Below, piece by piece: positions 53,772 to 63,123 of a stretch of DNA of 64,000 bases (the first letter of the stretch is position 1; each line of letters opens with the position of its first letter). Made by a program: the position numbers and the translations under genes. The stretch comes from a phage. The notes beneath the pieces are model-generated. The model ran no database searches. It saw only the letters and a program-made list of their open reading frames with translations, and was not told where the DNA came from. The stretch lies in the NCBI GenBank assembly GCA_014686985.1, contig GCA_014686985.1_3627.1, one strand, 5' to 3'.

Positions 53772-54170
53772 ATGATTTCAGGTTTAACATGGCTGAGTAG
53801 GTATAGAGGGATCATAAAAGGTTTAGTTTTTGCAGCGGCTATAGGTACAGCTTATCTTGGGGCCGTGTATTGGTTTAACTCTAAGCTTAATGAAGCCTAC
53901 CAAGAAGGTGTGTTAGCAACAGAGTTGAAGTGGGAACGGATCCTTGATCAGCAACAAAAGCAGGCCGACAAAATTAAAATGGGCCACGCAGAGGAGGTTA
54001 AAAACCTTGAAAAATCCCTTTCTGATCTACAGGATAAATTAAATATAGCTGAGAGGGCAGGTAGAGAAAAGCAGATTATCTACCTCCAATCACCTGAAGG
54101 TAAGAAGTCAACACTTCCTGATCAGCTTATAGATATTTATAATGAGAGTATCAATCAGGAGGATCGATGA
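53772..54170 (+). CDS. i-spanin-like protein (Rz-type: N-terminal TM helix plus coiled-coil periplasmic domain)
   Basis: GLVFAAAIGTAYLGAVYWF TM segment then charged helical region; stop overlaps start of a lipoprotein gene. Confidence 0.55.
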   Translation: MISGLTWLSRYRGIIKGLVFAAAIGTAYLGAVYWFNSKLNEAYQEGVLATELKWERILDQQQKQADKIKMGHAEEVKNLEKSLSDLQDKLNIAERAGREKQIIYLQSPEGKKSTLPDQLIDIYNESINQEDR

Positions 54171-54454
54171 GAGTTGCCACACTGTTTATTGCGTGCTTGT
54201 TATTATGTGGGTGTGCAACCAGCGTTGAGAGAGAATACAATATTGACCCTCCGGATGTAGGAAGGTTGATTGTTAAACCCCCAGAAGGTGCCATGAAACC
54301 ACCTGCTAAAGCTATGCCTTTGAAGAAAGGTGCGCCAGATGCAGTGAATTCTGGCATTATGAGGGATAATAATCTGTCTTGTAGCAATGATAGAGCTAAA
54401 TTGATCATTTTGCAAGACTATATTAGAACACTGTTTCCAAAGGAGAGAGGTTAA
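54167..54454 (+). CDS. o-spanin-like outer-membrane lipoprotein (Rz1-type)
   Basis: signal peptide with lipobox LLLCGCA, Pro-rich mature region, 95 aa. Confidence 0.55.
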   Translation: MRVATLFIACLLLCGCATSVEREYNIDPPDVGRLIVKPPEGAMKPPAKAMPLKKGAPDAVNSGIMRDNNLSCSNDRAKLIILQDYIRTLFPKERG

Positions 54455-54879
54455 TGTCTAAGATTTACGGACCGTGTTCTGAAAAGCAGAAGATGATCCT
54501 CGAAAACGATGCAGATATCTTGGTAATCGGCGGTGCAGCAGGGTCTGGCAAGTCGTTCCTCTTGCAGTTGATGCCACTTAAAATTATTGATGACCCCCAC
54601 AGCTCTGTGGTTATGTTCCGAAGAACAACCCCACAGTTGGAAGGTGAGGGTGGACTATGGCCTAAAGCAGTAGCTATTTATAGTGATCTGCCTGAAAACA
54701 TTAAGCCAAAGTTCAGAGAGAAGGATCATAAGTTCATTTTTCCACGGTTTGATCCGAACACTGGTAAGTGGGATAGAAGCAAAAAGGGAGCTGTTGTAAA
54801 ATACTGCCATATGGAGTATGTACAAGATAAGCTTAACCATCAGGGGCTTGAGTACACCATGGTTTGCTTCGACGAGGGT
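54454..54879 (+). CDS. terL: terminase large subunit, exon 1 (ATPase N-terminus)
   Basis: Walker A GGAAGSGKS, Walker B MVCFDE; reading frame ends at ...FDEG immediately before the proposed 5' splice site. Confidence 0.7.
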
Positions 54880-55762
54880 TAATTTGTAGCTCTCGTAAAA
54901 CCTCCCTAATTGCGGGGAAATCTTTATTATTGACACCACCAACCTGTTATGGTAACATAATAGAGGCTTCGAAGAGAGATCGAAGGTATGGTAACAGTGT
55001 GTTAATTTAGATAATCCGCAGCGAAGCATCCGAGAGGATGAACGTTCAACGACTAGTCGAAAGACGTAGAATCAAGCGATTCGAAACGGGAGGGTGAATG
55101 TGTAATACTAAAAAATGTATGGATTGCCAAAGAGTTCTGCCCATTGATGATTTCTTTTTATCATCTAAGAGCAAGGATGGATACTCAGGTACATGCAAGG
55201 AATGCTATATGTACTACAGGAAGGGTGGATCTCGTAAAAACAAAAATATGGTTAAGAGAGATGACGCAGCATTGTTTATTCAAGACTTGCTGAAGAAAGG
55301 TGAACTTTTTGAATGCAAATCTTGTCATGAAAGTATGCTCGCTGATAGTTTTTACACAAAACGTGACTATGGTAAAGTATATCTGGTTACGAACAGGTGT
55401 AAGATGTGTGAAAAGTTTTATCAGATTGAGAAGAAATTTCACATAACAAAAGATGAATACTATCGTCTACTCTCAGATCAAGATCATAAGTGTGCCATTT
55501 GTAGAATATCTCTTAATGAGTATAGGACGCAAGGGTACAGAGATTTCTTTTGTGTTGATCATGACCATAAAACTGGTGCTGTAAGAGGGTTGCTTTGTGA
55601 TAAATGCAACAGAGCTTTAGGTTTCTTCCAAGAAGATGAGGAAACTATTCTTAGAGCGGCAGAGTATTTACACATTCATAAGATATAGTCTGGTCTGCAT
55701 GGAGACATGCAGCTGCCTGAAAATGGCGGGGCAAGACTAGCGACCTTGCCCGAACATAAACG
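54880..55762 (+). mobile_element. candidate group I intron interrupting terL (carries an HNH homing endonuclease ORF)
   Basis: exon end CGAGGGU can pair with intron GCUCUCG (54889-54895) giving a P1 helix with U-G at the splice site; intron ends in G at 55762; 3' part contains AGACUA and the 5' part contains the complementary UAGUC (P7-like). Confidence 0.6.
55098..55688 (+). CDS. HNH homing endonuclease (Endo VII-type fold)
   Basis: CAICRISL...FCVDHDHKTGAVRGLLCDKCNRALG; RBS GGGAGGG; located inside the terL intron. Confidence 0.75.
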   Translation: MCNTKKCMDCQRVLPIDDFFLSSKSKDGYSGTCKECYMYYRKGGSRKNKNMVKRDDAALFIQDLLKKGELFECKSCHESMLADSFYTKRDYGKVYLVTNRCKMCEKFYQIEKKFHITKDEYYRLLSDQDHKCAICRISLNEYRTQGYRDFFCVDHDHKTGAVRGLLCDKCNRALGFFQEDEETILRAAEYLHIHKI

Positions 55763-56884
55763 ACACAATTCGAATGGGAGCAGATAGACTATCTGATGTC
55801 TCGTCTGCGATCTCAGTCAAAGTATCCATCAAGAATGGTTATCAGCTGTAACCCCGATTCAGAACACATGCTTGCCAAACTGGTTAGATGGTGGTTGGAC
55901 GATGAAGGGTATCCAGATCCGGAGAAATGCGGTAAGAAAAGATATTTTATCCGACGCGACGGTGAATTTATATGGGGAGACTCTAAAGAAGAGTTGATAG
56001 AGAAATACACCACGGTTAACGGACTGGGTGTGGAGATCAAGCCAAGACCGTTGTCATTCTCGTTTATAGGCGCAACAATATTCGATAATCCTGTCTGCTT
56101 AAGAGACAACCCAGAATACCTTGCTTTCCTTGAAGGTCTGCCGGAACTGGAAAAAGCTCAGCTTCTTCATGGTAACTGGTTTGCAAAGCCTGAGGGTGCA
56201 AACTATTTTCAAAGATCTTTCCTTCGTGATGCCGATAGAGTACCTCTTGGATCAGTATCTTGCAGGGCATGGGATAAGGCAGGAACCGAGAGAACTTCCG
56301 GTAATAAATTTCCTGACTTTACCGCCAGTATTAAGGTAAGTAAAGATAGCGACGGCTTTTATTACCTGTCCGGTGATTATTGTCCTGAGAACGTGGATGA
56401 AGGGAGGTATTCCACAGGTCTGGAAGGCAAGTTCTGTAAAAAGGCTGGTGAACGAGATGTGATCATCAGGAAACAGGCGCAGTTTGATGGTGATGATTGC
56501 ATAATCGTCTTCTCTGTGGACCCAGGGCAGGCAGGTAAGAGTGAGTTCTTAACCTCCTCCAGATCCTTGCTTGCCGAAGGGTTCAGGGTTGAAGAAGACC
56601 CAATGCCTTCCAACAAGTCTAAACTGACAAGGTTCTCACCTTTTGCCAATCTTGCCCAACAAGGAATGGTGAGGATTGTAAAATCCAGTTTCCATCCTGA
56701 TACTCTGGAAGCATTTCTGACTGAACTTGAAAAATTCAACGGGGAAAGATCAACATTTAACAGAAAAGACGACTGGGCCGACTGCGTAGCTTCTGCGATT
56801 AATTTCCTAGAGAAAGAGGAGGTAGCACTTCCTTGTGTGATTCCATCAATCTCATCACCTTCTATGTTCAAGCGTTTTATCTAA
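55763..56884 (+). CDS. terL: terminase large subunit, exon 2 (coupling motif and nuclease domain)
   Basis: in-frame continuation TQFEWEQIDYLMSRLRSQSK...MVISCNP aligns with T4 gp17 region following Walker B; LLHGNW later. Confidence 0.65.
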   Translation, partial: TQFEWEQIDYLMSRLRSQSKYPSRMVISCNPDSEHMLAKLVRWWLDDEGYPDPEKCGKKRYFIRRDGEFIWGDSKEELIEKYTTVNGLGVEIKPRPLSFSFIGATIFDNPVCLRDNPEYLAFLEGLPELEKAQLLHGNWFAKPEGANYFQRSFLRDADRVPLGSVSCRAWDKAGTERTSGNKFPDFTASIKVSKDSDGFYYLSGDYCPENVDEGRYSTGLEGKFCKKAGERDVIIRKQAQFDGDDCIIVFSVDPGQAGKSEFLTSSRSLLAEGFRVEEDPMPSNKSKLTRFSPFANLAQQGMVRIVKSSFHPDTLEAFLTELEKFNGERSTFNRKDDWADCVASAINFLEKEEVALPCVIPSISSPSMFKRFI

Positions 56885-56984
56885 GTGTTGCCAATCTTAA
56901 CTAGATGTGGTACAATAAAGTAATTGGAGATACTAGCCCTCTGACGAGGGCTATTTTGTTATACTGTTTTGAGGGGTAAAGCTT

Positions 56985-58541
56985 GTGTCCAAAAAGAACC
57001 GCAGGAAACACAACGCCACAGCCAAAACTGTGAATAAATCTGGGAACGCAGGCGCACCAACTCATAATGTTCGTATGAGTGAGATCGGTTCTGGCGCACT
57101 TTCCCAAATTATGGCAGAATCGCAATCTATGATGGTTGAGGAATTGCGTTGGCCTCAGCTGATTGCCACAGTGGAGACTATGAAATGTGATTCCACAGTT
57201 GCTACTGCCTTAGATACAAAATATGTTTTCATCACGAAAGCATTCAATGATTTTAAGATCCTTTATAATGTTAAAAGTGAAGACTCTAAGAAAGCTGCCG
57301 AGCTTATAGAGTATTCTTTGCGTAATTTGGCAAACCAACAAACTCTTCGAGATATTGCAAGAAGCGCAGCTACCTTTAACGAGTATGGTTTTTCACTGTT
57401 TGAGAAAGTATACCGCAGAGAGAAAGAAGGTAAATATGCCGGGATGCTTCTTATTGATAAAATTGCATTCCGACCTCAGGCCAGTCTGTCCAGATCAGAG
57501 CCGTTTGTTTTTGACAAGAATAGTAGAACACTGACAGGTATTTATCAGTCACCTAATGCATTTCTAAACACTCAGAATGCACGCTGGGCTGGACCTCTTG
57601 CTGCAATGCCTTCAAAAGGCTTTAATGAGCCTGAAATTTTCATCCCTGCTAAAAAGCTTATGCTCATGACCCTGTCAGGAACAGAATCTAACCCTGCAGG
57701 TGTGTCACCGATGATAGGTTGCTACAGATCTTTCCGTGAGAAAGTTCTGATTGAAAACCTTGAGGTTGTTGGCTGTTCCAAAGACCTTGGTGGTGTGCTT
57801 GAGCTGAAAATTCCTTCCAATATTTTGAACAAGGCCAGCATTGACCCGAATTCAATGGAAGGGAGAATGGTTGCAGATCTTATGCTTGACGCAGCAAACG
57901 CCCATAGTGGTGAGCAAAGTTTCTTTATACTTCCGTCTGATAGAGATAAGTCTGGTAAAGAGCTTTACTCCATGACCCTGAAGGGGGTTGACGGTATGGG
58001 TAAGCAATATTCCACTAAAGATTTGATTGATGCCCGTAAGAAGGCGATTCTTGACCGTTTCGGTGCTGGCTTTATTAACCTCGGTAACGATAACGTTGGA
58101 TCCTTCTCTCTGTCTGAATCAAAACAGTCTATCCATGGTCATTTTGTTCAGCGTGATATAGATATTATCACTGAAGCCTTCAATAAAGATCTTATTCCAC
58201 AGCTTCTGGCATTGAATGGTATCATCCTTGAAGATGATGATATGCCTAAACTGAAACCTGGTCTGATTGAAGAGGTGGACATGGAGAGCTTCTCCAAGTT
58301 TGTCCAGAGGATCGGTGCTGTAGGTTACTTGCCAAAAACTCCTGCAGTAATTAATAAGATTCTTGAAGTAGGTGGGTTTGATGAAAGATTTGACGAGGAC
58401 ATGGATCAGGAAGAGCTGATGAAGCTCTTGGGCCAGGACATCAGTAGAGCTGGTGATGGAATGGCTGCAGGATCCACTGGTAACGGCACTTCTAAGATGT
58501 CATCAACCAGAGATAATTCCATATCCAACATGGAAAATTAA
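56985..58541 (+). CDS. putative portal protein (518 aa)
   Basis: GTG start 56985 after GAGGGG RBS; size and position immediately after terL; no motif-level confirmation. Confidence 0.5.
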   Translation: MSKKNRRKHNATAKTVNKSGNAGAPTHNVRMSEIGSGALSQIMAESQSMMVEELRWPQLIATVETMKCDSTVATALDTKYVFITKAFNDFKILYNVKSEDSKKAAELIEYSLRNLANQQTLRDIARSAATFNEYGFSLFEKVYRREKEGKYAGMLLIDKIAFRPQASLSRSEPFVFDKNSRTLTGIYQSPNAFLNTQNARWAGPLAAMPSKGFNEPEIFIPAKKLMLMTLSGTESNPAGVSPMIGCYRSFREKVLIENLEVVGCSKDLGGVLELKIPSNILNKASIDPNSMEGRMVADLMLDAANAHSGEQSFFILPSDRDKSGKELYSMTLKGVDGMGKQYSTKDLIDARKKAILDRFGAGFINLGNDNVGSFSLSESKQSIHGHFVQRDIDIITEAFNKDLIPQLLALNGIILEDDDMPKLKPGLIEEVDMESFSKFVQRIGAVGYLPKTPAVINKILEVGGFDERFDEDMDQEELMKLLGQDISRAGDGMAAGSTGNGTSKMSSTRDNSISNMEN

Positions 58542-58608
58542 AAATTATCAACACAGGGGGTTGCAAAACCTCCTTTGGCGTGATAAAATAATCCACATGG
58601 GGAATAAG

Positions 58609-59028
58609 ATGCCACAGGAAGAAATGATTTCCTACGAAATCATCTACGAGCCTGACACTAAAGATGCTCACGGTGAGTGGATGAGTAAAGACACCATCAA
58701 AAAGGCTAAAGATAACTGGGACGCAGCATACGCCGCAGGCCTAGTTTCTGAAAACCTTTTCCACTTGACCTCTACAGATGCTTTCACTATTGAAAAGACG
58801 TGGATTCAAGAAGAGTTTGATGTTGTAGTAATTGGCACTGAGCAGGTCATCAAGGCTGGCTCTTGGGTTGCTAAAGTTAAATACAATAATCCTGAATTAT
58901 GGGAAGCTAAGAAGGCTGGCATTGTTGGTGGCCTAAGCATTCAGGCAACAGGCAATGTTGATGAAGAAACTGGTGAAATTACCAACGTAAACTTCGGGAT
59001 CAGTGTTGTAGAAGAGGGCAATGAATAA
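58609..59028 (+). CDS. hypothetical head-module protein (139 aa)
   Basis: ATG 58609; lies between portal and scaffold genes. Confidence 0.5.
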   Translation: MPQEEMISYEIIYEPDTKDAHGEWMSKDTIKKAKDNWDAAYAAGLVSENLFHLTSTDAFTIEKTWIQEEFDVVVIGTEQVIKAGSWVAKVKYNNPELWEAKKAGIVGGLSIQATGNVDEETGEITNVNFGISVVEEGNE

Positions 59029-60005
59029 TGTCTGAAAAAACGATTACTATTAAAGAGAAGGGGATCGCCCTGTGCCATAAGGCGCAAGGCTATAGCGCTA
59101 ACAACAGACCTGTATCTCTTTTGATGAAGAGTGATCTTAAGCCGGAGCAGTTAACAGACGATATTGTTAAGGCACTTCGCCAAGTTACTGTGGAGCTTAG
59201 TTTTGAAGAATACCTGCGTCGTTTCTTCGATATGTGGTATGATGATGCTAAAGCACTTGCACACATGCTTGGTTTTGAGATTGAAGAAGAGGCTTGGGCT
59301 AAAGAGCACCCCGATTGGGAATGGGCGCAAGCTGACGCAGAGTCTTGTATTGCATGGCTGGAAGAGCGTTGTGATAACGTGACCATTCATAAAGCTGCAA
59401 AAGAAGGCAAGCAGCTTAGTGTGGTAGATCAGTACAGTCTGTTAAAAACACAACAGATTTTTGAACAAGTAACCGCTGATCTCTTCGATAAAGAAGGGAA
59501 CCTGATCAAGGCGGTACAGGAACCTGCTGAGGTGGATAAAACTACCGAGGTGGATGATGTTGCAAAATCCGCAAATACCGAGGAGAATCCGGTGGACGTA
59601 ACCAAAACTAAAGAGTATCTGGATCTGCTGAAGCAAGTAGAAGAGCTGAAAGCAACCCAGAGTAAAGCTGAAGAAATCATCAAGGCCCAGGTTGAAGTTG
59701 AAAAAGCTAAAATGCTGACTAAGGCTCAAGCTTTAAGCTTTGTTGGTGAAGAAGATCACGCAACCCTAGTTGACTTCATGCTGGAAAAAGCTAACGAACC
59801 TATCGTAGCTATGCTGGAGAAAGCTCAAGCAAAAATTGAAGAGCTGGAAGCAGAGGTGCATAAAACTAAAGAAGAGTTTGCCACCACTGAACATGGTAAT
59901 GATGGCGAACCTGTTGTGGATGATATTGCAAAATCCGCAGAAGAAATTCTTGCTGAAAACGTTGCAAAAGCACTTGCTCGTGCACGTGCAGAATCTAACA
60001 AATAA
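59028..60005 (+). CDS. putative scaffolding protein (325 aa)
   Basis: highly charged Glu/Lys/Ala-rich helical sequence (LEKAQAKIEELEAEVHKTKEE) immediately upstream of capsid genes. Confidence 0.55.
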   Translation: MSEKTITIKEKGIALCHKAQGYSANNRPVSLLMKSDLKPEQLTDDIVKALRQVTVELSFEEYLRRFFDMWYDDAKALAHMLGFEIEEEAWAKEHPDWEWAQADAESCIAWLEERCDNVTIHKAAKEGKQLSVVDQYSLLKTQQIFEQVTADLFDKEGNLIKAVQEPAEVDKTTEVDDVAKSANTEENPVDVTKTKEYLDLLKQVEELKATQSKAEEIIKAQVEVEKAKMLTKAQALSFVGEEDHATLVDFMLEKANEPIVAMLEKAQAKIEELEAEVHKTKEEFATTEHGNDGEPVVDDIAKSAEEILAENVAKALARARAESNK

Positions 60006-60025
60006 GACATTAACGGGGGAAATAA

Positions 60026-60415
60026 ATGATTACCGCTCAATATTCTGATATCGTGCTCGGCAAAGTTGATTCTAGCGATGCTGGCTACAATTTTAAAGAG
60101 ATGGAAATTACACTGACAGAGCACCATCATGCTGGTACTGTTGTAACAAAAACTGGCACTATCGCTAACGATGATGGCTCAGACGTTTATGGTGTTCTTG
60201 TAGACCGAGCTTTGGTAAAAGATGCAGGAAAAGTTCATCTTGCTGAGCCTCTGAAAACAGGTCAGAAATATAAACTGGTTGTTGCAGTTCATGGTGTTAC
60301 CTTTGCAAAAGATAAGCTGCTGGGGTCTAACGGTGAAGCAGCTAAGCAGGCTGTTCTTGAAAAGCTGGAAGCTCTGGGTAACAAAGTTCACGTCCAGACT
60401 CTTGGTGAAGAGTAA
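60026..60415 (+). CDS. hypothetical head protein (129 aa; possible decoration protein)
   Basis: position between scaffold and major capsid genes; RBS GGGGGAAATAA. Confidence 0.45.
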   Translation: MITAQYSDIVLGKVDSSDAGYNFKEMEITLTEHHHAGTVVTKTGTIANDDGSDVYGVLVDRALVKDAGKVHLAEPLKTGQKYKLVVAVHGVTFAKDKLLGSNGEAAKQAVLEKLEALGNKVHVQTLGEE

Positions 60416-60463
60416 GTCCTAAATTGTTCGGGAAAATATTTAAGTTTTACTTTGGAGAAATAA

Positions 60464-61474
60464 ATGATTACTCGTAAAGATGAATTTGGCATTGTTGATT
60501 TAGGTGCTACTCTGGACCTTGTTCCACGTCAATTCCGCCTGATTACTGGTATGGATCTGTTCGAAACCCGTCTCGGCACCTCAACAATTGCTCAGATTGA
60601 GCGTGTTGATGAAGTTGTAACCGACATTCCGGCACGCCGTCGTGGTGGTGAGCGTAACTACGTTGGTAGTGAACGTGCTCAGGTTAAAAACCTGAACATC
60701 CCGTTCTTCCCTCTGGACAAAGGCATCACCGCAGCAGATGTTCAGAACTTCCGTCGTTACTTCACTCCGGATGCTCCGAAAACTGTTCAGGATGTAGTAA
60801 CCCGCGTTGTTCGCCGTATCCGTGTTTCTCATGAAGCATTGCGTGAGAAAGCACTGTTCCAGGCTATTCTGGGTAAATCCTATGCACCTGGTGACACAAC
60901 CTGTCAGTATGACTACTACACTCTGTGGGGTGTGTCTCAGAAGTCTGTTGAGATTGACCCTGCAAAAGCAGATCAGGATCCGATGGAGGTTCTGGAAGAA
61001 GCTCGTCTGCACATCGCGCTGCAAGCTGGCGATAACGCAGCTGGCTATCGTATTGTAGCCCTGTGCTCACCAGAGTTCTTCAGTGCTATTACCCATCACC
61101 CGCTGGTAGAACTGGCATACACCTATTACGGCTCTGCTCAGGAACCTCTGCGTCGCCGTCTGGGTGCTGGCGGTCAAGACAGCGTATACCGTGTGTTTGA
61201 GCATAAAGGTATCACCTTTATCGAAGATATCTCTGGCAATATTCCTAAGAAAGAAGCTCGCATTCTGCCGATGGGTATTGATCAGATGTTCCAGCTGCAC
61301 TTTGCTCCGGCAGACGATGTTAACGAAGCAAACACTCCAGCACAGGAACTGTATATGTGGTATAAACACTCTGCATACCTGCGTGAAGAGAAGATTGAAT
61401 CTGAAACTTCCATGCTGGCAGTTAACACCCGTCCAGAGCTGGTTGTTAAAGCAACTCTGAAAGGTGGTGAATAA
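60464..61474 (+). CDS. putative major capsid protein (336 aa)
   Basis: strong RBS GGAGAAATAA, codon usage visibly shifted toward CTG/CGT/GGT, followed by a very strong terminator; position in head module. Confidence 0.55.
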   Translation: MITRKDEFGIVDLGATLDLVPRQFRLITGMDLFETRLGTSTIAQIERVDEVVTDIPARRRGGERNYVGSERAQVKNLNIPFFPLDKGITAADVQNFRRYFTPDAPKTVQDVVTRVVRRIRVSHEALREKALFQAILGKSYAPGDTTCQYDYYTLWGVSQKSVEIDPAKADQDPMEVLEEARLHIALQAGDNAAGYRIVALCSPEFFSAITHHPLVELAYTYYGSAQEPLRRRLGAGGQDSVYRVFEHKGITFIEDISGNIPKKEARILPMGIDQMFQLHFAPADDVNEANTPAQELYMWYKHSAYLREEKIESETSMLAVNTRPELVVKATLKGGE

Positions 61475-61498
61475 TCACTGAGGTGATTCATCCCATAT

Positions 61499-61536
61499 GG
61501 GGAGGGGGTTCTCCCCCTCCCCCTTTTTTTTTTTAT
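61499..61536 (+). terminator. strong rho-independent terminator
   Basis: 10-bp stem GGGGAGGGGG/CCCCCTCCCC with 4-nt loop followed by a 12-nt T tract. Confidence 0.8.
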
Positions 61537-61562
61537 TTATTAGGGTTTAACAGGAGTGTCCC

Positions 61563-62390
61563 GTGAAGCGAACCGTCTACCCAGTCGAGTATGATCCTCT
61601 ATTAAGAGTTTTCAACAATCAGTTAAGTTTTTATCAATTTTTAGCACAATATAACCCAGAAATCAATGTTGGTTTATCAGCCCTGCTGCCACCAACAGAA
61701 TTCGTTATTGGCAGTGTTCACTATCCGTGCAGAACGATTGTAGACTTCTTCGAGAAGATTGCAAAACATACAGGCCTGCCAATTGATACTGGTATTTCAA
61801 CTATCCGTATGGGTGTTATTCTTCTGTTCTTCACAGAGAACCTTGATGAAAGCACTTTAACACTGCAAAGCGGGGATGTCAATATCACACTCACCCCGTC
61901 AGTGTTTAAAGAGGTAGATGCTGCTTTCCAAGTTTCCGTGGCAGAGGGCCATTTATGGGACCCTGCAGGGATGCCTAAAAAAGTGACCATAAACGATGAG
62001 CAATGCAACATTGTTTATGAAGAAGATACCCAAACTTTCACCATTGAGTGGCCTAAGAAACGTTCTCAGGTTGTAAATCTTGGGCTGGTCTCTACGATAG
62101 CTCCACCGCCTGAACCAGAGCCGGAGCCGCCTGTAGGTCCTACTGAACCTGGTGGTGACGGTGAAGTTACTGTATCAGATCCGCAAGATGTGACTGTATC
62201 ATCTTCCTCATTTGTAGCCATTGAGGATAAGGATGAAATCCTTAAACAGGCCGCAGCTCTTAACAACGAAGATGACAAAAGTGGTTCAAAAGATGCACTC
62301 CAAACCTTCGCTAAAGAGTACGGTGTTACCTTAAGTAAGGCAAAAACTTTCCAAAATATGATGAAAGATTTTGAGGCTGCACTGGCATAA
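61563..62390 (+). CDS. hypothetical structural protein with Pro/Glu-rich linker (275 aa)
   Basis: GTG start after AGGAG; PPPEPEPEPPVGPTEPGG linker between two domains. Confidence 0.5.
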   Translation: MKRTVYPVEYDPLLRVFNNQLSFYQFLAQYNPEINVGLSALLPPTEFVIGSVHYPCRTIVDFFEKIAKHTGLPIDTGISTIRMGVILLFFTENLDESTLTLQSGDVNITLTPSVFKEVDAAFQVSVAEGHLWDPAGMPKKVTINDEQCNIVYEEDTQTFTIEWPKKRSQVVNLGLVSTIAPPPEPEPEPPVGPTEPGGDGEVTVSDPQDVTVSSSSFVAIEDKDEILKQAAALNNEDDKSGSKDALQTFAKEYGVTLSKAKTFQNMMKDFEAALA

Positions 62391-62399
62391 TTTTGTTAA

Positions 62400-62434
62400 G
62401 GCCCCTTCCAAACCAGGAATGGGGCTTTATTTTT
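62400..62434 (+). terminator. rho-independent terminator
   Basis: hairpin GGCCCC...GGGGC followed by TTTATTTTT. Confidence 0.55.
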
Positions 62435-62449
62435 ACGAGGTATTTTCAA

Positions 62450-63070
62450 ATGGCATGGTATGAAGATGAAGAGATTATCCCGTCACCGCCTAACCATGAT
62501 GGTGTAGTCGATACCCCAGAAGAACCACCAAAAGAAGATCCTGTGCCTCCGGAACCTGATCCAGACCAACCTCTTATTGATATTATGAGGTTATTGCTTG
62601 GCAATGTTGATGAGGAAACACTCCCTGATGAGGTAATTAAAACATTCCTTGACATGGAGAAGCTGAAACTAAATTATCCGGCAGATCCTGATAAGCTGCC
62701 CTTGCTTAAGTACAATGTGCTTGTGCAGCTTGTGCGGTGGCTGATGATGCAGGAAGTGTCCAGTGGTAATGCAAGTATAACTTCCCGTCTGGAAAAAATA
62801 GGTGATGAGACCATAGAGATTCGTGGTGGATCTTCCTACGCCCAATGGAAGGATTTCCTTGATTGGCTGCTGGCACACCCAGACTATGTAGATTCTGAGC
62901 TAGATGCTTACAGCAGAATGATTATCATTGGCGGTGTTCGTGTAGACGAAGGAATTCGGGTTAAATTTAATGAAAACAGCAACGGACCGTTCGATGTCCA
63001 GGGGATTACACCTATCAGTGGTCTAAATAACCAACCTCCTCGCCACCCAAGACGCAAACGCAGTTTTTAA
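62450..63070 (+). CDS. hypothetical structural protein (206 aa)
   Basis: ATG 62450 after GAGG; track start 62393 lies inside the terminator hairpin. Confidence 0.5.
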   Translation: MAWYEDEEIIPSPPNHDGVVDTPEEPPKEDPVPPEPDPDQPLIDIMRLLLGNVDEETLPDEVIKTFLDMEKLKLNYPADPDKLPLLKYNVLVQLVRWLMMQEVSSGNASITSRLEKIGDETIEIRGGSSYAQWKDFLDWLLAHPDYVDSELDAYSRMIIIGGVRVDEGIRVKFNENSNGPFDVQGITPISGLNNQPPRHPRRKRSF

Positions 63071-63076
63071 AAATTG

Positions 63077-63105
63077 TTGCTTTTGATGTATCTTTGTGGT
63101 AAAAT
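63077..63105 (+). promoter_or_regulatory. sigma70-like promoter
   Basis: TTGCTT 63077-63082, 17-nt spacer, TAAAAT 63100-63105. Confidence 0.45.
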
Positions 63106-63123
63106 ACATTAGTGAGGGATATA

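Noticed and set aside
59090-59729. Minus-strand ORFs antisense to the scaffolding protein gene
   Set aside because: Ser/Leu/Cys-rich antisense frames within a clearly coding plus-strand gene
62393-62449. Upstream extension of the 62450 gene to the track start at 62393
   Set aside because: The extension begins inside the terminator hairpin at 62400-62434
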